Below, piece after piece: positions 53,638 through 64,000 of a DNA stretch of 64,000 nt. Position 1 is the first letter of the stretch. Each line of letters starts with the position of its first letter. A program made the position numbers and the translations under genes. A model generated the notes under the pieces. That model saw only the letters and a list, made by a program, of their open reading frames with translations, was not told the DNA's origin and did no database searches. Source of the stretch: Octopus vulgaris (Eukaryota); assembly GCA_951406725.2 (NCBI GenBank), contig OX597816.1, positions 164,300,001 through 164,364,000 on the forward strand. The letters run 5' to 3'.

Positions 53638-53897
53638 AGGCGCAGGAGTGGCTGTGGGGTAAAGTACCTGGCTTACCAACCACATGGTTCCAGGTTCAGT
53701 CCCACTGCGTGGCACCTTGGGCAAGTGTCTTCTACTTTAGCCTCGGGCCGACCAAAGCATTGGGAGTGGATTTGGTTGACGGAAACTGAAAGAAGCCCAT
53801 ATATGTGTGTCGATGCTTCTCCCCCTCCCACCATCGCTTGACAACCGTAACTTAGTGGTTCAACAAAAGAGACTGATAGAATAAGTACTAGGCTTAA
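53638..53897 (+). mobile_element. SINE B, 3'-truncated
   Basis: AGGCGCAGGAGTGGCTGTG head to GTACTAGGCTTA. Confidence 0.88.
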
Positions 53898-55796
53898 TTA
53901 TTTACTTATTTTGTAAGCAGCTATTAGTTAACCCCGATTGTTTGACCCCTTTCCAAATCCTGTCTTCATACTATGGCATTAGAAGCTGTTTCAACTTTAC
54001 GATTGTCAAAAGTATTTTGAAATGGTCTGAAAAGCGAGAGTAAAATCGTTGTTGTTTAGTTTCTAGTTAGCCCTTAATCAAGCAAACCTATGTTTCAAGG
54101 TGTCCCGATTGTGAAAGGTAATTTGAGGGAGATTTGGTAGCTATTTCTAGAGTGTCTGTTTACTTTATAGAACACTTGTTGATTTCCATTGGAATGTGGC
54201 ACAAATGAATCGAAAAACAACCCATTTAAAAATCTTAACACTCCCGTTTATGCTGTGATTCCGGCAAGGGTACGATAGAATTTCGCTTGATATTTTCAGT
54301 TCACCTGACTAAAAGTTCAGCTTAACACACCGATGTCACAATAGTCTGTTTGGCTAAGGAAAGACATCTGGTGATCTTTGACAAAGACAACGTTCTCCCC
54401 TTTTATCTGTGTATGGCAGAATGTGTGTCTGTGTGTTTCACAAATAATCTGTCACTAAGCCGTCAGCGTTCCATTTTGCTCCGATATTTCCTGTAATGGC
54501 TACTTCCTTGATGGGTTTTTCCTTTCACCTCTCTCCGTTTCCATTTTGTTGTTGAAATATTTCTTGTTAAAGTATTTCCAGTGTTTTCCTGATGAAATCG
54601 CTTTAATCTATTTCTGTTTACTGTTATTGTCTCAAATAATTTGTTTGTTGTTAGTGTTTCTTCTCGGCATCAATAATCTCCCACAGATTCCACAGAGTTA
54701 GTAACATCCTCCAATCTCAGGTGTTGGTATATTAAGCACCACCAACCGCCTCTTTACTTCAACAAACATAACATTCCAAACACAAACCACTTATACTTTA
54801 TAAAGAGACTTTCCCCAATTTTACGTCGTATTTACGAGATATTTTCCCCCCTTTTAAAATTTTATAACTTGAAAGTAAAGACGGCATCGATAATAGGAGA
54901 CTGTAGAACTTCAATCGAATGAAGAATTGCGCAAATATTGAAGATCTCTGACCATGGAAATGTTATGCAACCTGTCACTTGTATTTTATGGAATTCTTGG
55001 TGGTGAAATGCCAATCTACCCAAAATCAATGAAAACTTCACCTATTGACATTTAAATCTGATGGCAATTGTTGCCAGTACGGTTAAATAAATAATAAACT
55101 AATAATAACAACAACAACAACGCTAAATTTTAAATTAACTTCACCGCTACATAAAATTTCATGGCACTCTCTTCAAGAAACATTTAATTCTGCGCTGTTT
55201 CCGTTTATTCCATGGTGTAAATGAGCTAAAATAGTGTGAACCACAAATTGAAACCATGTCGTGGAATCACAATTTTCTCTAGATTACTGGACATATCTCC
55301 CCCACTCAAACCTTTTCTTGGAATTATTGAGAAGAGATCGTAGTTTCAAGCTACTAATCGAAGGGTTGTCGAGAAATTCAAACTTCTGGCGTGACTTATG
55401 AACATACACACACACTCACACGACGGGCTTCCACAGAGTTCCTGTCTGCCAAATTTAATCATAAGACATTGGTCAGCTCAGATCTCTTGTAGGAGACATT
55501 TACCAAGGTCTCACGCCGGTGTCTAAATCGAAACCACGGAGCTGTAAAGCGATCTTCTTAAACCATTTCCGAAAAGTGCACAAAGCCTGGTTGTTTTTGA
55601 TTCGCCACACAACTTCTGTATCTTAGAGAAGTTTATAGGAATTGATATCATTTTGTTTACAAAGAACATTTTGTAGCATAGATGAAATGATTGGCTTCAC
55701 TCTGGAAATGAAAACTATTGCTGCAGGTATAAAATAATATTGGAGAATGAAGAATTCAGCAGTTAGACGTCGGCTTATTAACATATCTTGGTAAGA

Positions 55797-56200
55797 TAAG
55801 ACAGCAAGCTGGCAGAAACGTTAGTACGTCGGGAGAAATGCTTAGAGGTATTTCTCTCGTCGCTACGTTCTGAGTTCAAATTCCGCCGAGGTCGACATCA
55901 CCTTACGTCCTTTCGGAGTCGATAAATTAAGTACCAGTTGTGTACTGGGGTCGATCTAATCTACTGGCCCATTCCCCAAAATTTCGGACCTAGAGTAGAA
56001 AAGAATCGTTAGCACGCTGGGCAAAATGTTAGCGGCATTTCGTCTGTCTCCATGTTCTGAGTTCCAATTTCACCTAGGTCGACTTTACCTTTTATCCTTT
56101 CGGGGTCGATAAAATAAATATCAACTGAGCGCTGGTGTCGATGCAATCGACCTACCGCCTCCCCGAAAGTGCTGGCCTTGTACTACAATTTGAAACCAGT
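55797..56200 (+). mobile_element. Two fused SINE A-type monomers within one 14-bp TSD
   Basis: ATATCTTGGTAAGA at 55783-55796 and 56201-56214. Confidence 0.85.
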
Positions 56201-57596
56201 ATATCTTGGTAAGAGTCGAGTTTCTTGCCTGAGGTACTGTGCTGATCCTGTTCCTGTTTCCAAGGTATCCAGCTGTAAGTTAAGTACCAAGACAATCAGG
56301 TCATTCACTGTCTCTCACAGAAAGTGACCTAACTCTCCCCCAACCCCTTAGGGGCTGGAGGAATACAAGAAGTTAAAATGGAAAAAAGACGGAAAGTATG
56401 TGGCGGTGGGAGGGAGAGAGGAAATCATTTATCATTAGACTTTTTTTTTTTTTATTTGTGCGCGCGCACAACACACACTTATTTGCAGAACGAAAATATT
56501 ATACAGAGAATGAAAGTAGTTAAAGCTATAATATGAAATGTGTGTGTGTGTTTGTCACAGTAACTTAGCGGCTCAGCAAAAGAGCACGATAGAATAAATA
56601 GCAGGCTTTAAAAATCAAGTACTGGGGTAGATTCATTCGACTAAAAAAGACTTTAAAAAAGTGGCCCAGCATGGTCGCTGTCCAATGACTGAAACCAGTG
56701 AAAGAGAAGAGACATATACACTCGCTGTGTGTGTCTATTCGCGTGTTCTTTTTTATTTGTTTATTTCTATAGTTACTAATTGCGTTATAGCTGTTGCTTG
56801 TTGTTATTTTATATTTATAATGTTTAATTGACCACCACCCTCGAGTAATTGGATCTCTCTCTCTCTCACACACACGCACACACACTTCAAAGTTAACAAG
56901 AATCCCGTCAGAAATGCTAATTGTCTCACAAGGGATTTCTCTTTCGCATAAATTCTTGCATATTCTTTTGCAGCCCCTCCCCCCTCTTCCTCCATCCTCT
57001 TTCTCCATCTCTGCATTGGATCCAATTGAAAGTTCATTACTTCTAATTAATAAGGCAGTAAGTTGGAAGCCATTAAGCAAGTCGGACAAAAATATTTGAC
57101 AGCATATCTTCCGGCCCTTTCCGTTCTGATTTCAAATTTCACCGATGTGGGTTTTACTTTCCACCCTTTTTTGGGGGGCTTAGTACCACACAATCACACA
57201 AGTACTGAGGTCGACTTATCCGTCCCTTAAAATTGTTGATCTTGTGTATCAAAATATGAAGTCATTATCTCTCATTAATTATTAATCCTGAGAAACACCC
57301 AAGTACCTCAACTTCATCTACTAATTACTTCAGTCTACTGGAGGGATAAAGGTACACTGAGGTATTTTTGCCTCTTGGCTGAAACAGCTCTAAGATATTA
57401 TCGCAATTTCTATGCCTGTATGTTATATATTTTAATAATTACCGATATCTATATATATTATATATGTAAAGCATAATATGTTACACATGTATGTATATTG
57501 TTATAATTGTCCTTTTAGTAAATAAATAAATTGACATAATATAATGTCTAAAAGTTGATGAATACCACCTGTTGATCCCCCACCATTTTCTTATTG

Positions 57597-57639
<43 letters not shown>

Positions 57640-58050
57640 ACACTTTTATTCTTTTACTTGTTTGTGTATTTTTGCGTATTTTTAAATATTAAATATTTAT
57701 ATTTTTATATACTTGTGTTTTAATACTATATTATCTGGAACTTTATATTGATTGATTAATGTCGAAGGGAAGTACACATATATATTGAATATTCTATTGG
57801 ATAATAGGTCATGTTCCTCTAGTTTTCCGCTGGTATTGCCTCCATTGAAATTATATATATATATAATTATAATAATAAGGGTTTTTTTGCAACAAGTTGC
57901 TTAAGCCACATACCGAAAATTTTAGAAATAGCAGCCAAAAGACTACTATTTCCTTTTACTACAAAAATAAGTCTCCACAGACAACAATATTTGTAACCCA
58001 CATATGGCAAAAAAAAAGAAGAAAAATAATGAAATCACACTCTTTGGTCA

Positions 58051-58109
58051 ATTATGGACGTACGTTTCTGGATTAGAATCGTAATGTTCGTTTCCTTTAT
58101 CAACATAAT
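58051..58109 (-). ncRNA. Type-I hammerhead-like motif with U3-A8 core
   Basis: Minus: ATTATG-TTGATAA-A-GGA..TCC-A-GAAAC-GTAC-GTC-CATAAT: 6-bp stem I, palindromic stem III (ACGTACGT), GUC triplet. Confidence 0.6.
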
Positions 58110-58814
58110 ATTTCTCATAAATCTAGAAATATATATATATATATATAGATAAAAATAAAGCGTTGTTTAAGATTAGATCTGGTTAGACAAAATTTCAATC
58201 AATCCTGGGCCGTTTTAAGGTTTTCAATTCGACCACTTCCTTGTGGCCAAGTCTAATGCACAGAACCACCCTCCTCATCACCACCACCCAAATGTCTTCG
58301 CCTTTCAGTTTTGACCACTGTGTTCCAGATGCATTGTTTGTATTTTACGCGCGTGCCTTCTTTATAGGTTTGTGTTAAGTCTTGAAATATGCACTCAGGT
58401 TTACAGGCAACACACATACACACACACACACACACACACGCACACACACACATCACGTACACTCGTGCAACACGCATACACGCACGATATCAAAGGCGGG
58501 AAATTGATCGTAAATTGAAAAGCAGCCAAAACCTATTGAAGCTAAACAGTTAATAATTTGTACGTTGTGAGTCGGTATGGAGAGGCATGAGGCAAGCATT
58601 TTCTCTATAGCCTTTGCTGTATAAATAGGTTGTTGTCACTGTGGATGTTAGTTGTCGCCGCTGTCATAACCACTACCATCATCATCATCATCATCACCAC
58701 CACCTCTATACCGAACACCGTTTTCGATATTACTTCGTATTCTTAAAGCGCGCAAGTTAAACATTTATTAATCAATAAATACTTTTGAAATGTCTGTCTG
58801 TAAAAAGAAACGTT

Positions 58815-59218
58815 AGGCGCAGGAGTGGCTGTGTGGTAAGTAGCTTGCTAACTAGCCACATGGTTCCGGGTTCAGTCCCACTGCGTGGCATCTTGGGCAA
58901 GTGTCTTCTGCTATAGCCACGGGCCGACCAATGCCTTGTGAGTGGATTTGCAAGACGGAAACTGAAAGAAGCCTGTCGTATATATGTATATATATATATG
59001 GGTGTGTGTGTATATGTTTGTGTTTGTCCCCCTAGCATTGCTTGACAACCAATGCTGGTGTGTTTACGTCCCCGTCACTTAGCGGTTCGGCAAAAGAGAC
59101 TGATAGAATAAGTACTGGGCTTACAAAGAATAAGTCCCGGGGTCGATTTGCTCGACTAAAGGCGGTGCTCCAGCATGGCCGCAGTCAAATGACTGAAACA
59201 AGTAAAAGAGTAAAGAGT
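58815..59218 (+). mobile_element. SINE B, full length
   Basis: Complete head-to-tail copy. Confidence 0.93.
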
Positions 59219-59306
59219 TAGTTTCCCTTACCATCTACTACTACCATCTTTTCATACCCGAACCCGTTGCTATGCTGGTATATTTTCACCATTATTATAA
59301 CCCCGT

Positions 59307-59855
59307 TTTCTTTATTGCCCACAAGGGGCTAAACGTAGAGGGGACTAACAAGGACAGACAAACGGATTACATCGACCTCAGTGCGTAACTGGTACTTAAT
59401 TTATCGACCCCGAAAGGATGACAGGCAAAGTCGACCTTGGCGGAATTTGAACGACAGACGAGATACCTATTTCTTTATTACCCACAAGGGGCTAAACACA
59501 GAGAGGAGGACAAACAGATTAAATCGATTATATCGACCCCAGTGCGTAACTGGTACTTATTTAATCGTGGCAACTTGGGCAAGTGTCTTCTACCTCTAGC
59601 CTCGGGCCGACCAAAGCCTTGTGAGTGGATTATGTGTGTGTCTGTGTTTGTTCGCCACCACCACTGCCACTATTGCTTGACAACCAATGTTGGTGTGTTT
59701 ACGTCCCCGAAAATTAACAGTTCTGCAAAAATAAAGAAAAGACCAATAGAATAAGTATTAGGCTTACAAAAAGTATATGCTAGTGTCCATTTGTTCGACT
59801 AAAGGCGGTGCTCCATCATGGTCGCAGTCAAATGACTGAAACAAGTAAAAGAATT
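59307..59855. mobile_element. Junction of headless SINE A (minus) and headless SINE B (plus)
   Basis: A units to GGTACTTATTTAAT (59565) joined to CGTGGCAACTTGGGCAAG of B. Confidence 0.8.
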
Positions 59856-59982
59856 AAAAAAAATGTGTAGATGCTTTATATTGGAATTCACGTTTTGCTT
59901 GGCCGACCTCGACTCGATCTTGGTTAACCTGAGAAACTGCTGCTGCTACTACAACTATCACCATGACTGCTATCATTAATAA

Positions 59983-60325
59983 CGGTTTCAAGTTTGGGCA
60001 CAAGGTCAGCAATTGGGAGTAAATCAATCGTATCGACCCCAGTGGTCGACTGGTACTTATTTTATCGTTTCTGGACTGGTTGAAAAAGAAAGTCGACCGT
60101 GGCGGTATTTGAACTTAGAACATGCCGGACAAAATGCCCAGCGGCATTTCGTACGCCTTTACGTTGCGAGTTCAAATACCGTCGGGGTCGTCTTTGCCTT
60201 TTATCTTTCGTGGGTCGATAAAATAATTACCAGTCGTGTAATGGAGTCGATGTAATCGAATCACCGCCCCCCCCATTCCTCACTGCGCCGAACTTTGCTG
60301 GCCTTGTGTCAAAATTTGAAACCAA
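59983..60325. mobile_element. Head-to-head inverted pair of old SINE A-type fragments
   Basis: GGTTTCAAGTTTGGGCACAAGGTCAGC at left; GCTGGCCTTGTGTCAAAATTTGAAACC at right. Confidence 0.75.
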
Positions 60326-61279
60326 TAAACCGCGCATCAGTGTTGACAAATCAAATACCAATTGTAAAACAATCCATTGCTCTCACCATCATCACAATTA
60401 CTCCCCTCTCACTCCTCCTCCTCTACTACTACTACTACTATAAAATCAACCAATCAACCAGTCAGCTCATTCGTTCTTTTGTCTGAAAATAACAATCGCT
60501 GACGCACGATACGCCGAAGGGTTTCCTTCATACAGACATTCCTACAATAATTAAGTTAACTTTCTTAAGACATTTTTGCCAATCAAATCATTCCGCACCT
60601 GTTTCTCTTCCACCATCGTTTTTATCTCACCACCACCACCACGTTCGCATTTTGATCTCCTCTCGTTCTGTGTTAAAATAGCTTTTTTTTTTTCTTCTTT
60701 TTCTTTTTTCTTTTTTTTTGAAAGAAAAACAAAAAAATTTAGTGTTTGTTTTGTCTTTACGTTTCTCAATTACTTGGCCTTTTCTTACCTTGTTAAAACA
60801 AGTATACGTATGTCGTCACATTCACCTCTCGTTAATTTTCTCTATGCTCTCCTGTCATTGGACTGATCAGAGCGTTATGGGTTCACCTTCTTCAAGTAAG
60901 ATTCTTAACTGCACAACTACGTCTGCGAGTTGTACGAAGTGTGCGTAGGCAGAGATGTATACTGCACTGGTGAGTTGGTTGTATGGATTACATTTATAGA
61001 ACGATGTCGTTACTTTAATTATCGAATACAGAAAACATATGTAAGAAATGTAATAATGGGACGTTTAGCAGCATTTCGGCCGTTCTAAAGATCTGAGTTC
61101 AAATTCCGCCGAGGCCGACTTTGCCGTTCATCCTTTTGAGGTCGATAAAATAAGTACCAGTTGAGTATTGGGGTAGATGTATTCGTCTAGACCCCTTCCT
61201 CGAACTTGCTCGCTTTTGGCTAATATTTAGCTAACTTGTCAAGTTAGCATTGTTGAAAGATATTACAAAGATTGCCGTA

Positions 61280-61680
61280 AGGCGTCGAGCTGGAAGAAAC
61301 GTTAGTACAGCGGGCGAAATGCTGAGCGGTATTTCGTCTGCCGCTACGTTCTGAGTTCAAATTCCACCGAGGTCGACTTTGCCTTTCATCCTTTCGGGGT
61401 CGATAAATTAAGTACCAGTTACACACTGGGGTCGATGTAATCGGCTTAATCCGTTTGTCTGTGCTTGTTTGACCTCTCTGTGTTTAGCCCCTTGTGGGTA
61501 GTAAAGAAATAGGTATTTCGGTCGGTTGTCTTTATGTTCTGAGTTCAAATATCGTCGAAATCGACTTTGCCTTTCATCCTTTCGGGGTCGTTAAATTAAG
61601 TACCAGTTGCGTACTGGGGTCGATCTAATCGACTGGCTTCCTTCCCCAAAAATTTCGAGCCTTGTGTCTAGAGCAGAAAA
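61280..61680 (+). mobile_element. SINE A, complete dimeric form with TSD
   Basis: ATATTACAAAGATTGCC at 61260-61276 and 61680-61696. Confidence 0.93.
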
Positions 61681-63035
61681 TATTACAAAGATTGCCTGGT
61701 GTCTAGAGCAGAAAATATTACAAAGATTGTACATACACACAGGAACATTATGTATGTATGAATGGATATATATATATATGTATGAAAGCTGCACCAGCAA
61801 AAATGTCGAGTGTGTGCGATCGGTGACTTACGGAAAAAAAAAAAAATCTTCCCCTTTCCCCCTCCAACGTCGTCACTAACATTTCAAGCGCGGCAGATGT
61901 CCCGCCATTCGACGACGGCGGCTAAGAGTTAATGTCAATGGACGGTCATAGCAACACGTGGTTATTGCTCCCTTTCATTACACCTCCACTCCCTATCAAC
62001 CCTCGTCGTCCCCTCTGATTCTCTCTCACAATTGTTCTCTCCTTTTCTTTTATACTGTTATCATATTATTTTCCTAACACACCGTCTTCCCGCCAGCCCG
62101 CTTCTTCGTTCGATCGATAGATATTATATTCTTCTTACAGACACCGCTTGCTCACTCACACATACACACATCTATCTATCTATATATTTGTATATACTAC
62201 ACATTATCCAGTGCATTCCCGCAAACTCGACAGAAAAACAAAGCAAAACAAAACAAAAAAAAGAATTAAACAATATTATTGGTTAACATCCAGTCAAAAG
62301 AGCGCTTACAGTTTATCCCTCGTTTTCCTGTCTGTCCGACCGCCCGTCTGTCTGTCTGTCTCTTCCCCCATCGCCTCACATTTTTCGCCGTATTCTCTCC
62401 GTAACACCCTTCCACAACCTTTTCTCCATCCTTCCCCCCTCCACCATTATTCGTTCGTTAGAATGCTGTATGCGTTGCTTATTGCCTTGCATCAAGTCAA
62501 TAAACTGGCGAATACAATTAAGCGAAAAATACAACACACACACTGAAGGAATGTATGTATGTTTGCATATATATATATATATGTGTGTGTGTGTATGTAT
62601 GAGAGAAAGAGATAGAGGGAGATGCGTGTGTGTGTTTCTGCTTGCTTATTGCCAGCAGCGAATGATTGCCAGTACGAGAATGCATGCTTGCATGTATCGA
62701 ATTGTGTTAATGTAGCAAAGCTGTGCAGCGAAGACTGTTGGTGTGACAGAAAAGGCTGATCGATAACAGATAGCTAGTTGATTGGTCGCATTGACAGACT
62801 GTTTAGGGAAACGGTGGAGGTGGGGTCGGTGCCGGTGCAAGACCAGATTAACCATTAAACAAAAATTCTCGTGTTACTTAGGGCATCAAAGGAAATGAAA
62901 ACCCCCACTTTTTTTTTTTTTTTTGTTCCCTTTAACGGATTTACATTTCTGTAAATTCGTAAATATTATTTTCTAAATAAAATTCATAAAACGTTATTGA
63001 AAAATTTGCATTTTCCCTCCTGTTGCTCTCTCGTT

Positions 63036-63085
63036 CAGCGTTTCTCAACCGGGTTTCCCCTGGACCCTTAGGGTTCCGCGAGGAA
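63036..63085 (+). mobile_element. hAT-like MITE terminus
   Basis: CAGCGTTTCTCAACCGGG..GACCCTTAGGGTTCCGCGAG; other end not found. Confidence 0.5.
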
Positions 63086-63210
63086 GACTGAAATAAGCCG
63101 ATGCTAATTTCGTGATCGTAATATTACTATACATGCACAACGTATTGTTGGTTATTGTAATATAGATATCATCCTATCTAACTTACATTTGAAAAAATAT
63201 AACAATCGTG

Positions 63211-63500
63211 TAATCAGCCGAAATTGCTAAGATGATCCGGTTCCCGACTGAAGAGGCTTCGTCTGCTTTTTTGTGTCGTCTCTTTGGGTGTTTTTGCGTT
63301 CTTGTCCCATTTTGTAATTTATATTTAATTTATATATATATATATATATATATATATCAAGATTAATCAGCCGAAATTGCTAAGATGATCTGGTTCTTGA
63401 CTGATGACTGAGGGCTTCGAATGTCCCGTCCTGTGGTTCTTGTGTCGTCTCTGTGGCGTTTCATGTTCTTGTCCATGTCTGTAATTATTTTTACTGTTTA
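63211..63500 (+). repeat. Two diverged tandem cassettes separated and followed by (TA)n
   Basis: TAATCAGCCGAAATTGCTAAGATGATC.GGTTC..GACTGA.GA..TGTGTCGTCTCT..GTTCTTGTCC at ~63211 and ~63365. Confidence 0.85.
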
Positions 63501-63501
63501 C

Positions 63502-63549
<48 letters not shown>

Positions 63550-64000
63550 GCGCAGGCACGCACGCATGCACACAAAGATATGTGCACCTTGCTTTAAGGA
63601 ACGCTATTGTTATGATTGCGTTTTGATTGTTCTTCCTTCCATATTATTATGTCTTGTACAGTAATTAAAAAAATTAACTCTCGTCGTATTTGAATATAAA
63701 TTAAAGTAAGGTAGTACTTCACTCCGCCGCCGTTCACTTTATTTCCCTAAGCACCGTCTTCTAGACATAGCTGTCAAATCTATCCTAACATCACACACAA
63801 CTTGGAGGAAAAAAAAAAGGGAAGCAAGATAAAAAATAGCAGTGGATAATGAATTCCCTGATATATACTATGAAGGGATGGTCAAAGCTGGAACGCCTTT
63901 CAGATTTTTAAGATTCAGTAACAATTTTGAATGGTTTCTTTTCTTTTATTCAAAATTTTGTAACTAGCACATCCAGCGTGTACAGATATGTATAAAGAGG

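Overview
AT-rich, repeat-dominated animal genomic DNA with no supportable intact protein-coding gene. The mix of tRNA-derived SINE families and very long (TA)n/(CA)n tracts resembles an Octopus/coleoid cephalopod intron or intergenic region (inference). Contents: at least five SINE families (labelled A-E here; dozens of copies, representative ones listed); decayed LINEs (RTE-like endonuclease+RT at 0.36-1.7 kb, an R4/Dong-like 3' end, a CR1-like 3' end); a pseudogenised D,D34D mariner; four non-autonomous Helitrons sharing one 3' end; hAT- and Tigger-like MITEs; many micro/minisatellites, which explain nearly all ORF-track entries. Most notable: a dispersed set of short cassettes, mostly next to (TA)n, carrying minimal type-I hammerhead-ribozyme-like folds with non-canonical cores (including a U3-A8 covariant), probably Penelope-like/retrozyme-like termini. 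Also notable: long inverted repeats, an internally amplifying SINE, a templated 132-bp insertion, and a CpG-decay boundary near 2.7 kb. Repeat boundaries are by eye and approximate.
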